Shown here in pieces: positions 20,223 to 31,035 of a stretch of 64,000 nt of DNA; position 1 is the first letter of the stretch, and each line of letters opens with the position of its first letter. Both the position numbers and the translations under genes were made by a program. The notes under the pieces are model-generated. The model had not been told where the DNA came from and made no database searches. It saw nothing but the letters and a program-made list of their open reading frames with translations. This DNA is from an uncultured Armatimonadetes bacterium (lineage in GTDB: Bacteria; Armatimonadota; Hebobacteria; Hebobacterales; Hebobacteraceae): positions 4,224,001-4,288,000 of the forward strand of contig OY970296.1 of NCBI GenBank assembly GCA_963716175.1. Reading direction: 5' to 3'.

Positions 20223-21642
20223 GGCGGCCGCTGTACCTGGCGCTGGTGCTGCTGGCGGTTGGCGTGGGCGGCTGGCGGTGGCGCGCCATCAGCTCAGCGC
20301 GGGCAGTGACCAAGGTGTCGGTGCCGACGGCGGAGGTCACGCGCGGCTCGCTGGTGGTCACCCTCCCGGTGAACGGGGCGCTGGAGTCGGCTCAGGAGAC
20401 GCCGGTGCGCACCGACATTGACGGCACCCTGATCAAGCTCTGCGAGGACAACTCGCAGGTTAGTCCGGGCGACCTGATCTTCCAACTCGACACCAAGGAC
20501 CTGATAGACCAACGGGAGGTGCTGGCGCGCGCGCTCACGGACGCCCAGGAGGCGCTCAGCAGCGAGCAGGCTGACGGTCAGACCAGCATCGCCCAGGCGG
20601 CGAGCGATGCGGAGGCGGCGCAGGAAGCGCTGAAGCTGGCGCAGGAGAAGGCGCAGGCGGAGAGGGAGCGGATCGCTGCCCAGGTCAAGTATGCGGAGAG
20701 CGAGACCGCGCGCGCCCAGCGCGAGCTAACGCGCTCGCAACGGCTCGCCAAGGTCAACTACATCCCCGGCACGAAGCTGCGCGAGGCGGAGAAGGCCTAT
20801 CGCCAGCAGGAGTTCGCGCTGGCGCAACAGCGGGCCCAGCAGGCAGATGTGGACAAGCGCACCGGGGAGCAGGTGCAGGACGCGCAGACCGCGTACGACC
20901 TCGCGGTGCACACCTGGGAGACGGCCAAAGCCCACGCCGCGGAGAACGTAGGGGATGCTCGGATTGACCTAGCGGAGGCGCAGCGGAAACTGGACGAGGT
21001 GGACAAGAAGATCGCGCAGTGCACAGTGACAGCCCCGGTCGCCGGCCTGGCCGTGGTCGAGACCAACTCCGATAACTGGCCCGAGCGGCGGCCCTACCGC
21101 CTGGGTGACCAGATCGACTCGGGGACCGCGCCAGTGCAGATCTATGATTTCCAAAGAATGCAGGTGCGGTGCCAGATCGGCGAGATGGACATCTCCCGCG
21201 TGCACGACGGGCAAGACGCGTTGGTGTCGTCGCCGACCCTGCCCGAGAGGCGCTACCGCGGTAAGGTGGCGGTGGTGGAGGAGCTGGCGCAGGACGCCGA
21301 TGTCTGGCAAGGGGGGACGCCGGGCAAGAAGGTCTTCGGGGTCCTGGTCACTCTCACGGAAGCCGATCCGGCCCACCTCCGGCCAGGCATGACGGTGGAC
21401 CTCGAAGTCGTGCTGGACAGCGTGCGAGAGGCGACTATGACGCCTATCCGCGCGGTGTTCAAGGAGGGGGGCAAGTCGGTGGTCTACCGGGCGCGGGGGA
21501 GAGCTTCGAGCGCGTGCCTGTCACTGTGGGCACGCGCAACGACCTGCTGATCGAGGTGCGCGGGGAGGTGCGCGCTGGTGACCGGGTGGCGCTGGAACCA
21601 CCTCCGGCCCAGCTGGTCCAGCGTGCGGAGGTGAGGCGATGA
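20219..21642 (+). CDS. Efflux periplasmic adaptor (MFP) 2, with a frameshift near 21497
   Basis: MFP motifs. After the G5 run 21495-21499 the alternative frame reads ESFERVPVTVGTRNDLLIEV..GDRVAL to TGA 21642, overlapping the next ATG. Confidence 0.85.
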
Positions 21643-23102
21643 GAGCTCGGGGCACGACAACAGCGCTGGCCGTCGTGGCCGCCCTGGCCGCCCTGGCCGC
21701 GGTGGGCTGGGCAGGCTGGCGGGGCACACCGCGCACGGGGGCCGCGGTGGAGAAGGGCGAACAGCTGGTGGTCGCCACCACCGCCAAGCGCCAGGACCTG
21801 CTCATCACCGTCAGCCAGACCGGGGTGGTGGCGGCGAGGAAGTCCACCCCGGTGATTCCCCAGATCTCCGGGCGCATCCAGTGGGTGTGCGGGAACGGCA
21901 TCATCGTCGCCAAAGATGATACCATCCTGCGCTTGGACCCGACCAAGCTGGAGGAGCAGCTGGCCGACCTCAGCGCGCGCTATGACGACGCCGTGCGCCG
22001 ACAGGCACAGGCCGACACCACGGGCAAGGCGCGGATGACAGAGATGCGGCTGCGGCTGCAGCGCGCTCGTGACGATGTCGCCGCCTTCGAGCGCCAGCAG
22101 GCCGTGACGCTGCAGGATGCAGCCGACGCTATCACCTTTCACGCCGCAGAGCTTCAGCACAACCGGGAGGACCTGGACGTGAAGAAGCGGCTGGCGGCAA
22201 AGGGCCTGGTGGCCGGGACGGAGGTGGAGCGGCAGGAGGCAGCGCTGAAGGCGGCCGAGTTCTCTCTCCAGCAAGAGCGGAGCGAGTACGAGCTGAAGAA
22301 GTCGCAGGCGGCAGCGGACGCCGGGGAGCGGCGCAGGAATGTGAACAACACGGCGCGCGATATGAGCCGGGCCCGCAGTTGGTCGGAGCGGGAAACCCGT
22401 ATGAGCGGCAACGAGGTGGACAACCTGAAGCTCCAGGTCGAGCGCGCCCGCGAGGACCTGCCGAGGACCACGCTGACCGCGCCGCTAGCCGGGCTGGTGG
22501 TGCTGTCGGCCCAGGGCGGATGGCGGGGGGAATCACACCTGCCCCGCATCGGCGACTACGCGTCTCAGGGGCGCGAGATCGCGGCGATCGTGAGTCTGGA
22601 TCGCATGCAGGTGAAGCTCGAACTGGATCAGACACAGATCACCGGGGTAACGATGGGCCGGGCGGCGGAGGTGACCATCGAGGCCCTGCCGGGCAAGGCG
22701 CTGACGGGGAGGATCACGGCGATCGGTCAGAACGCGCGCCGTCCCCCCATCCAGGGATGGAGAGGTCTCTCCTCCACTGCCACCTTCCCGGTCACGGTCG
22801 ATCTGCCCCCCATCGGCAAGTCCCTGATCCGGCCGGGCATGCGGGCCAGCGTGCGCATCGTGACGCGGCGAGTGAAGAACGTGATCACCGTTCCCAGCGG
22901 GTGCATCTTCCGGCGGGACGGCCGCGCGGTCGCCTTCGTGGAGCGCAACGGTAAGTTCGTGCAGACCGCGGTCACCACCGGAGAGTCCAACGGCGACTAT
23001 ACCGCCATCACCCAAGGCCTGCGGGAGGGCGACCGGATCGCGCTCAACGACCTGGGGGCATCTCCCTCGGGCAGCGCGCCGGCGAAAGAGCAGCGCCGAT
23101 GA
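21639..23102 (+). CDS. Efflux periplasmic adaptor (MFP) 3
   Basis: TM anchor, ISGRI, coiled coil, LTAPLAG, IRPGM and GLREGDRI. Confidence 0.9.
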   Translation: MRARGTTTALAVVAALAALAAVGWAGWRGTPRTGAAVEKGEQLVVATTAKRQDLLITVSQTGVVAARKSTPVIPQISGRIQWVCGNGIIVAKDDTILRLDPTKLEEQLADLSARYDDAVRRQAQADTTGKARMTEMRLRLQRARDDVAAFERQQAVTLQDAADAITFHAAELQHNREDLDVKKRLAAKGLVAGTEVERQEAALKAAEFSLQQERSEYELKKSQAAADAGERRRNVNNTARDMSRARSWSERETRMSGNEVDNLKLQVERAREDLPRTTLTAPLAGLVVLSAQGGWRGESHLPRIGDYASQGREIAAIVSLDRMQVKLELDQTQITGVTMGRAAEVTIEALPGKALTGRITAIGQNARRPPIQGWRGLSSTATFPVTVDLPPIGKSLIRPGMRASVRIVTRRVKNVITVPSGCIFRRDGRAVAFVERNGKFVQTAVTTGESNGDYTAITQGLREGDRIALNDLGASPSGSAPAKEQRR

Positions 23103-24418
23103 GGTTGAACCTGGCGGCGCTCACCGCGCCCACCAAGACGGGCTTCCGCGAGCTGTGGAGCCACAAGCTGCGCTCCTTGCTCACCATGCTGGGCATGATC
23201 TTCGGGGTGGCGGCGGTGATCGGCATGGTGTCCATCGGAGAGGGCGCTCGCCAGGAGACTCTCCAGCAGATCCAGCAGCTGGGCATTGACGTGCTCCAGG
23301 TGCGGCGGGTGGCGCTGGCGGGAGAGATGCAGGACGAGGCGGCGAAGAGATCGCCTTACGGCCTGACCTACGGCGACTCGCTGGTGCTGGCCGAGCTCTG
23401 CGATTTCGCCAAGCTGGTGGTGCCCTCGTGCCGCGTGTTCGGCGTGGTCACGGCCGGCGGGAAGACCATCGACGCCCGCGTTTTCGGCACTTCCGCCGGC
23501 TACATACAGACCTCCCATCTCGACGTCGCAGAGGGCCGGTTCATAGACGACGAGGACGTGTCCCGGCGCGCGCATGTCTGCGTGCTGGGAGCAGAGGTGA
23601 AGCGAGATGCCTTCGCCTTCGAGAGCCCGGTGGGCAAGTTCATCAAGATCGGGATGGGCAACTTCCGCGTCATCGGGGTGATGCAGGAGCGCGTGCTGGA
23701 AACCTCGGAGACCACCTTTGCGCTGCGCGACCTCAATCAGGATGTGTACATCCCCATCACCGTGGCCATGGAAGACTTCCAGCTCTATATGGAGCAGGCG
23801 ATCCCCATGAACCCGGAGGCGGTGATGGGGCTGGTGGGACAGATGTTCGAGCGGCCGCCGCTCAATCGCCGCCCCATCAGCGAGGTGGCGATTCAGGTGA
23901 GTGACTCGGATAAGACGGTGCCGGCCGCCCAGGTAGTGAAGCAGATCATAGAGCAGCGCCACAAGGGGATTCCGGACTTCGAGATCATCATCCCCATCGA
24001 GCTGCTGCGGCAGCGCCAGCAGACACAGAGAATCTTCAACGTGGTGATGGGTGCGATCGCCAGCATCTCGCTGCTGGTGGGTGGCATCGGCATCATGAAC
24101 ATCATGCTCGCCACGGTCACGCAGCGGGCGCGCGAGATCGGCATTCGCCGCTGCATCGGCGCCAAGCGGGGCGACATCGTGCGCCAGTTTTTGGTGGAGT
24201 GCCTGGTGATCACCGTGATCGGCGGTGTGATAGGGGTCGGCGGAGGGATCGGGGCGGCACAGGCGATATCGCACTACGCCGACTGGAAGACGGTGGTGGC
24301 GGGCAGCGCGGTGGTGCTCTCGCTGGGGGTGTCGGTGTCGGTGGGCCTGATCTTCGGCCTCTACCCGGCCATCCGCGCCGCCTCCATCGAGCCCATGGAG
24401 GCGCTGCGGGCGGAGTGA
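23099..24418 (+). CDS. ABC transporter permease (MacB/FtsX family)
   Basis: KLRSLLTMLGMIFGVAAVI, ISLLVGGIGIMNIML, REIGIRR.IGA and GLYPAIRAA. Confidence 0.95.
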   Translation: MRLNLAALTAPTKTGFRELWSHKLRSLLTMLGMIFGVAAVIGMVSIGEGARQETLQQIQQLGIDVLQVRRVALAGEMQDEAAKRSPYGLTYGDSLVLAELCDFAKLVVPSCRVFGVVTAGGKTIDARVFGTSAGYIQTSHLDVAEGRFIDDEDVSRRAHVCVLGAEVKRDAFAFESPVGKFIKIGMGNFRVIGVMQERVLETSETTFALRDLNQDVYIPITVAMEDFQLYMEQAIPMNPEAVMGLVGQMFERPPLNRRPISEVAIQVSDSDKTVPAAQVVKQIIEQRHKGIPDFEIIIPIELLRQRQQTQRIFNVVMGAIASISLLVGGIGIMNIMLATVTQRAREIGIRRCIGAKRGDIVRQFLVECLVITVIGGVIGVGGGIGAAQAISHYADWKTVVAGSAVVLSLGVSVSVGLIFGLYPAIRAASIEPMEALRAE

Positions 24419-24434
24419 CGTCTCCGTTCTGCAA

Positions 24435-24621
24435 GGCGGGCGTGCCAGTCCCTACTCGTGGCAACGACCCCTCGGCACCGAGACGCAGAGAGCGCAGAGA
24501 GAAGGGCCCTTCGGGACCTGCGCGATCCGCGGATTCCTCGGAGCCGATACGCTACACTCGTCCCGACCAGATGGCGGCGATGCCTCCTGCTTCTGCGAAG
24601 CACTCGGCATGGCCGCCCTAC
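24435..24621. repeat. Cluster of short repeats (CTAC-ended REP-like hairpins and CGCAGAG repeats)
   Basis: ..CCCTAC at about 24455; CACCGAGACGCAGAGAGCGCAGAG at 24476-24499; GGCGGCGATGCC..TGCTTCTGCGAAGCA..GGCATGGCCGCC-CTAC at 24573-24621. Confidence 0.6.
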
Positions 24622-24622
24622 A

Positions 24623-24729
24623 GAGTCTATCGCAAAAGGGGCCACCGTTCGGATGTGAGCGCAGCCTTGCGCCCCACGACCAAGGGTGGCAGGAGCAAGC
24701 TCCTGCCCAACGGGTTTTGCGATAGACTC
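24623..24729. mobile_element. MITE (107 bp) with 15-bp TIRs and a 4-bp target duplication
   Basis: GAGTCTATCGCAAAA (24623-24637) and TTTTGCGATAGACTC (24715-24729), flanked on both sides by TACA. Confidence 0.8.
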
Positions 24730-24739
24730 TACAAGAGGG

Positions 24740-25690
24740 CTAGTAGCCCTCCCGCTTGTCCACCACGTTCAGCAGCTCCTCACCCGCGAGATACCTGCGG
24801 AGGTTATCGCAGAACAGGTGCATGAGGCGCTCGTGCGACCTGGGCGAGGAGCCGGCGAGGTGGGGGGTGATGAGGACATTGGGCAGGTACCAGAGGGGGC
24901 TGTCGGCGGGGAGTGGTTCGGTGGCGAACACGTCCAGGCCGGCGCCGGCGATGCGGTTGTCTTTCAGCGCGGCGACGAGGGCGGGCTCGTCAATCAGCCC
25001 GCCCCGGCCGATGTTCATGAGGTAAGCAGTGGGCTTCATCGCTCGCAGCTCGGCGGGGCCGATGAGCTGGCGAGTGCTCTGAGTCAGCGCGGTGCAGAGC
25101 ACGACGTAGTCTGATTCGGCGAGCAGCCATGGCAAGCCGTCGGCGCCGCGCACGTCGTCGGCAAACTCCGCGGGCAGCTCCGGCCGGCGGCGAGTGGCGA
25201 TGACCCGCATCCCGAAAGCCTTCGCCCGCCGCGCCACCTCGCCGCCGATACCGCCCAGGCCGACAATACCGAGCGTCTTACCTGCCAGCTCATCGGGCTC
25301 GGCTTCCTCTCCCCAGCAGCGGGCGATCTGATCGTGCAGCAACCGAGCGAGGCCGCGGGAGAAGTGGAGCATGAGCGCCAGCACGTGATCGGCGATGGGA
25401 ATGGCGTAGACGCCGGCGGCGTTGGTGAGGAGGACGGGGCTGGCGATGAACTCCGGGGTCATGAAGCGCTCGATGCCGGCGCCCCAGGACTGCACCCATT
25501 TCAGGCGCGGGGCGGCCTGCCAGAGCTCGTTCGACCAATGGCCGGCGAGGATGACTTCGGCCTGGGCGGCCAGCTCCAGGGCGTGCTCGCGGCTCTCGGA
25601 GGCATGCACAGCGAGCGCGTCGGAGACGGCGCGAATGCGGGCCAGGTCGGGCTCCGATGCGCGATAGGAGATCAGGACATGCACTGGCAT
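24740..25690 (-). CDS. D-2-hydroxyacid dehydrogenase
   Basis: GIVGLGGIG, NIGRG, AGLDVF..EPL and ITPH.AG. Confidence 0.93.
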   Translation of the reverse strand: MPVHVLISYRASEPDLARIRAVSDALAVHASESREHALELAAQAEVILAGHWSNELWQAAPRLKWVQSWGAGIERFMTPEFIASPVLLTNAAGVYAIPIADHVLALMLHFSRGLARLLHDQIARCWGEEAEPDELAGKTLGIVGLGGIGGEVARRAKAFGMRVIATRRRPELPAEFADDVRGADGLPWLLAESDYVVLCTALTQSTRQLIGPAELRAMKPTAYLMNIGRGGLIDEPALVAALKDNRIAGAGLDVFATEPLPADSPLWYLPNVLITPHLAGSSPRSHERLMHLFCDNLRRYLAGEELLNVVDKREGY

Positions 25691-26735
25691 CTAGGTGGTC
25701 CTCTCGGCGAAGTGGCAGGCCAAGGCGCGCAGCTCCCGGTGGGAGCGGGGAGGCAGATGCGCGGCTGAGAGATGCTGATCCAGCGCGGCCGTCAGCAGCT
25801 CACTTGCGATCCGCTCGCAGTCAGCGCGGATGCCGGCCTCCTCCATGCTGGCGGCGAGAGCAGCGACCCCCTGGCCGTCGGCAATTCCGCCGGAGAGTCC
25901 GGCCAGCACCCGCTGACGCAGGTCCGGTTGGGCGGTGGCGAGAGCGAGGGTGATGGGCAAGGTCCGCTTGTTCTGCCTCAGGTCGCTGCCCACCGGCTTG
26001 CCCAACTCTCGCGGGTCGCCCCAGATCCCGAGGGCATCGTCGCGAATCTGGTAGACCAGACCGATGGCCGAGCCGAAGCCGCGCAGGGCTACAACGGTTT
26101 CCTGGTCAGCGCCTCCGATGTGCGCGCCCATGCCGCAGGCGGCCCCGAACAGGGAGGCAGTCTTCAGGCCGATCATCTTCAGATAGTCAGCGTAGTCCAG
26201 ATCATCCCGGCCCTGGTAGCAGAGGTCGAGCTGCTGGCCCTCGCAGACCTCCAGCACGGCCCGGTTGAGCTCTTGCAGCACACCGGCCGCAGTCTCGGGC
26301 GACAGGTGGAGGCGATCCGAGATGACCGACGGCGAGATTCGCTAGCGCGTACATGGCATCACCTGCGGTGATGGCCTGGCCCACTCCCCACAGGCTCCAG
26401 ACTGTGGGTCGGCCGCGGCGGGTCACGTCGTGGTCAGCGATGTCGTCGTGGAGCAGGGTGAAGCCGTGGACGAGCTCCAGGGCTGCGCCCGCGGGGGCGG
26501 CCCGCGCGGGCTGGCCGCCGGCGGCTTCGCAGGCGAGCAGACAGAGGGCGGAACGGACCCCCTTGCCCCCCGAGGCGGCGATGGGGCGGCCCTGGGCATC
26601 AGCGTAGCCGAGGTGGTAGCGCAGCAGCTGGTAGAGCAAGGCATCGGATCGGTCGGCGAGAAGGGAGCGGATCTCGGCTTCCACCAAGGGGCGGCAGCGC
26701 GCGAGTATGCCCTGGGCCGTCTGTTCGGCAGTCAT
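25691..26735 (-). CDS. Polyprenyl (GGPP/FPP) synthase, with a frameshift near 26320
   Basis: [16 protein letters not shown] in the 5' ORF; EGQQLDL, KTASL, QIRDD and SDL..NKRT in the 3' ORF. Confidence 0.88.
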
Positions 26736-26815
26736 AGGGTCCCGGTTCTGCCCGAGGGGGCGATTTCCTCGCTTGCCTCCTAGGGGCTGCTACAGCCAGT
26801 TGGGAACAATTTCGC

Positions 26816-26844
26816 TTGACACTGTGACGATTAGGTGGTATCTT
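26816..26844 (+). promoter_or_regulatory. Sigma70-type promoter of the cold-shock gene
   Basis: TTGACA-17 bp-TATCTT with an extended -10 TG. Confidence 0.7.
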
Positions 26845-26958
26845 CCTGCTGTCGGGTGTGACCCGGACTCACTTACGGGTCTGAGCGTGGCGGGAAGACT
26901 TGCCAGTGAATCTGTCAGCCTTCCGCCGGTGACGTTCGGACTGCGGAAAGGAGTGGCG

Positions 26959-27162
26959 GTGGTAACTGGCAAGGTCAAGTGGTTCGATGATGGCAAGGGC
27001 TACGGGTTCATCGAGACCGAGGAGGGGGACGTCTTCGTCCACTACTCGGCGATCATGAGCAACGTCCCGGGCCGCAAGACCCTCTATGAGGGGCAGGAAG
27101 TCGAACTCGAGGTGACCACCGGGCCTAAGGGGCTGAAGGCGGCCAACGTCAGGGTTCGGTGA
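26959..27162 (+). CDS. Cold-shock protein (CspA family)
   Basis: [24 protein letters not shown] and [10 protein letters not shown]; AAAGGAG upstream of the GTG. Confidence 0.93.
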   Translation: MVTGKVKWFDDGKGYGFIETEEGDVFVHYSAIMSNVPGRKTLYEGQEVELEVTTGPKGLKAANVRVR

Positions 27163-27183
27163 CTAGCTTCCAGTTGTCCACGA

Positions 27184-27212
27184 CCAAACCCCGGCCCGCA
27201 GCCGGGGTTTGG
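27184..27212 (+). terminator. Hairpin terminator after csp
   Basis: CCAAACCCCGGC-CCGCA-GCCGGGGTTTGG. Confidence 0.65.
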
Positions 27213-27333
27213 CGCGTTCTGGGAGGGAGGGGAGCGCGAGGATGTTGGGCAGCTGAGAAGGAATTCACAAGGCAAGCCTGAATCGGCGGGTTGAGGGCGC
27301 CAGCGGCCCAGGTCCAGCGAGGGGGGCGGAGAC

Positions 27334-27602
27334 TTGTCGGACTATCAGACGACGGTCTATGTCGGGAACCTGCCCTGGAGTACGACGGAGGACGATCTGG
27401 CCGGGTTGTTCAAGGACTTCGGACCCGTGCTCGACGTCCGGGTGATCCAGGACCGCGTGACTGGGCGCGCCAGCGGCTATGGCTTTGTGGAGCTGGCCCA
27501 CCGCGAATGGTGGCAGAGGCGTGCGCCGCGCTTAACGGCTGCGTCTACAACGGGCGCTCGCTCCTGGTCAGCCCAGCCCGGCCGAGGCCGCCGCGCCACT
27601 AG
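27334..27602 (+). CDS. RRM RNA-binding protein, with a frameshift near 27508
   Basis: RNP2 VYVGNLPW and RNP1 GYGFVE; the C-terminus AALNG..NGRSLLVSPARPR lies in another frame. Confidence 0.85.
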
Positions 27603-27620
27603 CGAGCGGCCTGGCCGGCT

Positions 27621-28919
27621 TCACGATGTGATGGTGTCGGCAACCACCTGAGGGGCGGGGGGCAGGCGGTCACCAATCTGATAGGCGGCGCGGATTCGTG
27701 CTGCGACGTCCTCGGCCGCGCCGCGCGCTGCTCGGGGCACCAGCAGGAAGGCCAGCGTGTCCCCTCTTACCTCGTCCCCCACTTTCTTGGCCAGCAGGAG
27801 CCCGCAGGCATGCCTCTCTTCCCCGGCGAGGGCCTGCAGATCCCGGACCGCGGAACCCACGCGCCGCGCGTCCAGGGCCACCACTGCCCCGCGCCGGTCC
27901 ATTGCGATGGGAATGCGGTCGCACTGCCGGAATAGGCTCTCGGGATCGTCCAGGGTGTCGGGCGATCCCCCCTGAGCGGCGACCATCTGGCGGAGCTTGG
28001 CCAGCCCTTGGCCGGAGACCAGGGCTCGTCGTGCTCGCGCCCGGCCGTCGGCGAGGTCGGAGGAGACACCGCCGAGAACCAGCATGTGGGCGGCCAGCAC
28101 CTGGCACAGGTCTACCAGGTCGCGGGGCCCGCGGCCGGAGAGCGCGGCAACCGCCTCCGCCAGCTCCGGCGCATCCCCCACCGCGCGGCCGAGCGGCTGA
28201 TCCATGCGGGAGACCACCGCGACCATACGCTTGCCGTGCTGCACGCCGATGTTCACCATGGCCTGGGCGAGCTCCCGGGCCCGCGCCAGGTCCGGCATGA
28301 AGGCCCCGCTGCCAGCTTTCACATCGAGGAGGATGGCATCGGCGCCGACGGCCAGCTTCTTGCTCATAACCGAGCTGGCGATGAGAGGAATGCTCTCCAC
28401 GGTGGCGGTGGCGTCTCGCAGCGCGTAGATCAGCTTGTCGGCCGGCACCATGCGGTCGGTCTGCGCGGCGATGGCGAGGCCGATCTCGGCCACCTGCGCG
28501 CAGAAACGCTCGGGCGAGAGATCGGTGGTGAGGCCGGGAATCGCCTCCAGCTTGTCTATGGTGCCGCCGGTGTGGCCCAGGCCACGACCCGACATCTTCG
28601 GCACTGGCACCCCGAGCGCGGCGACCAGCGGCGCCACCACCAAGGTGGTCTTGTCGCCCACGCCTCCGGTCGAGTGCTTGTCCACCTTGGTTCCGGGGAT
28701 GGCGGAGAGGTCGAGCCGGGCGCCGGTGTTGACCATGGCCAGGGTGAGATCGGCGCTCTCCCGCGCGCTCATGCCATTGAGCAGGATCGCCATGAGAAAG
28801 GCGGCCATCTGGCCCTCGGAGACTTCCCCCCGGACGAAGCCGCTGACCAGGGCCGCGATCATCTCCGCGGTCAGCTCATGGCGATCGCGCTTTCTGGCGA
28901 TGATCTCGGTGACGTTCAC
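27621..28919 (-). CDS. pdp: Pyrimidine-nucleoside/thymidine phosphorylase
   Basis: DKHSTGGVGDKT, KMSGRGLGHTGGTIDKLE and SSVMSKKLA. Confidence 0.95.
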   Translation of the reverse strand: MNVTEIIARKRDRHELTAEMIAALVSGFVRGEVSEGQMAAFLMAILLNGMSARESADLTLAMVNTGARLDLSAIPGTKVDKHSTGGVGDKTTLVVAPLVAALGVPVPKMSGRGLGHTGGTIDKLEAIPGLTTDLSPERFCAQVAEIGLAIAAQTDRMVPADKLIYALRDATATVESIPLIASSVMSKKLAVGADAILLDVKAGSGAFMPDLARARELAQAMVNIGVQHGKRMVAVVSRMDQPLGRAVGDAPELAEAVAALSGRGPRDLVDLCQVLAAHMLVLGGVSSDLADGRARARRALVSGQGLAKLRQMVAAQGGSPDTLDDPESLFRQCDRIPIAMDRRGAVVALDARRVGSAVRDLQALAGEERHACGLLLAKKVGDEVRGDTLAFLLVPRAARGAAEDVAARIRAAYQIGDRLPPAPQVVADTITS

Positions 28920-28955
28920 ACTGCCGCCCGCCTGTGCTCCAGCGCGGGCATTATA

Positions 28956-29351
28956 TCACGGCTGGCGCGCCGGGGAGGGCTTGCTGTCCATGTCCGCGCT
29001 CGCCTCCGGCTGGCGCTGGGAGAGCGCGGCCGCGAGATCGTCCTGGGCGCGGTGGGCCTGGATCAGCTTTCTGACATCGGCGGTGAGGCTATGCAGGTCG
29101 CCGCGTACCTGGGTCTCAGCCAGCCTGGCCTTGGCGCGGGTGAGTTGGGTCAACTCGTAGCCGATGGCGAAGTAGAGGAGGCCGAGGAGCACCAGGAACA
29201 GGAGGCGACGAAGCTGCAGGGCGCGGTGGCGCTGGCGCTGGGCGCGCGCGGCCGAGACGCGGTGGCGCAGATAGGCGGCGGGAGGGTTAACCGGAGATGA
29301 CAGGTGAGCCAAGTCGCGGCCGCTGCGACTTCCGGCTAGGCGAATAGGCAC
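28956..29351 (-). CDS. Hypothetical single-TM coiled-coil protein (FtsL/DivIC-like topology)
   Basis: Basic N-terminus, one TM helix, helical C-terminus; start codon uncertain. Confidence 0.5.
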   Translation of the reverse strand: MPIRLAGSRSGRDLAHLSSPVNPPAAYLRHRVSAARAQRQRHRALQLRRLLFLVLLGLLYFAIGYELTQLTRAKARLAETQVRGDLHSLTADVRKLIQAHRAQDDLAAALSQRQPEASADMDSKPSPARQP

Positions 29352-29371
29352 CCATGGCTTGCTCCAGACAG

Positions 29372-29406
29372 CTCGTGCTACGTAGCGAAGCTACTTCGCA
29401 GAGTAG
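29372..29406. repeat. Palindromic repeat copy 2 (intergenic)
   Basis: CTCGTGCTACGTAGCGAAGCTACTTCGCAGAGTAG, identical to 53521-53555. Confidence 0.9.
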
Positions 29407-29508
29407 TATTAGTGTCTGGTGCCGGCCCCTGCTGCCCGGGTAGTTATTCCACAAATGCCGGGAGGAGCGGAAGCTACCGGGCACGAGCGACAGCTCGTGC
29501 CCAGCCGG

Positions 29509-29838
29509 TCAAGGGGCGTTCTCGTCGAAATCAGCGCCGCTGCGGCGGTCCCTGCCCTCCTGGATGTGCTGGCCCACTCCCTTGAATTCGTCCACCGTCT
29601 GCCGGCCCTGCCCGCGCACCACCCGCACCACCGTGGGTCCCCACAGCCGGCCGATGAGGACCAGCACCGCGAGCACGGCGAGACGGATGAGCCAGGTTCG
29701 CCGGGTTCTCGTCCGGAGCCGCCCGTCAACTCCCTTAGCATAGCGCAGGTCGGATTCGCTGTGGGCGTAGTAATCGGGGGGCGGCTTGGGCCGGCCCCGC
29801 CCGGTGGTAGCGCCTGTGCGCCTGCTTCTGCGCGCCAT
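29509..29838 (-). CDS. Hypothetical single-TM protein
   Basis: Arg-rich N-terminus and TM WLIRLAVLAVLVLIG; purine-rich RBS-like sequence upstream. Confidence 0.6.
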   Translation of the reverse strand: MARRSRRTGATTGRGRPKPPPDYYAHSESDLRYAKGVDGRLRTRTRRTWLIRLAVLAVLVLIGRLWGPTVVRVVRGQGRQTVDEFKGVGQHIQEGRDRRSGADFDENAP

Positions 29839-29928
29839 TGGTGAGCTCTCTTCCCGCTCGGTCGGCCGCCGATCGGCCCTCATTCATCGCAATCCAAGAT
29901 ACCACAACCGCGGCCCTTTACGCGGGTG

Positions 29929-31027
29929 CTAGAGGGCCGCCAGCCGGCCCTTCAGCTCGTTGATGGCATCAATCGCGGCCGGGTTGGCGCCATTGAGGAA
30001 GGCAAGGTAAAGGCTGGTGAAATCGCCGAGAGCCAGCACCCACAGCAGCCGGGCGAGGGGAGAGTTGCCCTCGGCCGCGATCACGTGAACCGGGGCCTTG
30101 CGCCCCACCAGCTCCCGGGTGATCTCCACCCGCGCCTGGATGCGGGCCGAGGCGCCAGGCTCCTGGAGCACAACCACCGCCAGGTTGCGGGTGAGCGCGG
30201 GAGGCAACTCCCAGCCGACGACCTCGTTGTGGTTCAGCTCGGGGTATTCACTGGAACAGGCCAGCACCTTGCTGTTCTCGTTGAACTGACAGCGCCAGCG
30301 GTAGGCGGCAGCAGCCATGGCCCCCGGGGTGCCGTGAACCCACGGAGTCTTGCCAAACAGAGCCAGGGCGAGCTGCTTGGCCGAGTTGCGCCTGGTGGGA
30401 ACACGGGGATGGAGCCGATCGCGCAAACGGCTGACCAGGCCAATGGCTTCTCGCATCTGCCGCTCGGCGCCGGGGTAGCACCCCAGAGCACCGAGCAGGA
30501 ACACGAGCGGAACCAGCGAGTAGCCCAGCGCCGCCCGCGGCGGCATGGGTGGATCGGTCTGTGGGATCTCGATCAGAGGCAGGTGACGGCGAAGGGCCAG
30601 CGCCCTGAGCTTTCCGTCGGTGGTGATGGCCAGCACCCGCGCGCCACGGCGCAGGGCCAGCGCCACGGAGGCGAGCGCTTCCTCGGTGTCGCCCGAATGG
30701 CTGGAGGCGATGAACAAGGTCCGGGGGCCGACGAACCGCGGGATGCGGTAGTCCCGGTTGACCAGGAAGGGCACGGTCAGGTGTGGCTCGCAGAGGCGGG
30801 CGAGGAGGTCGCCCGCCACGGCCGAACCCCCCATGCCGCTGAGCACGATGTGGGCGGGATGGCGCAGGCGCGGCAGGGGGCTTAAAGGAGCGGCCGATCC
30901 GCGCGGCGTGCTCGAGCTGCGTTGGGAGGTTGATGGCGAAATCGAGCATGCCCTGGGGATCGAGGTCCTGGTAGGACCTGCGGTCATCGAGGTCAATGCG
31001 AGAGGGCCGCGCCGCCGGGGCCGGCAT
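29929..31027 (-). CDS. Bifunctional phosphoglucose/phosphomannose isomerase (SIS), with a frameshift near 30878
   Basis: N-terminal DPQGMLDFAINLPTQL in one frame; GMGGSA, SHSGDTEE, PRAALG, QFNENSK and PELNHNE in the other. G5 run at 30876-30880. Confidence 0.9.
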
Positions 31028-31035
31028 GGGCTGTC

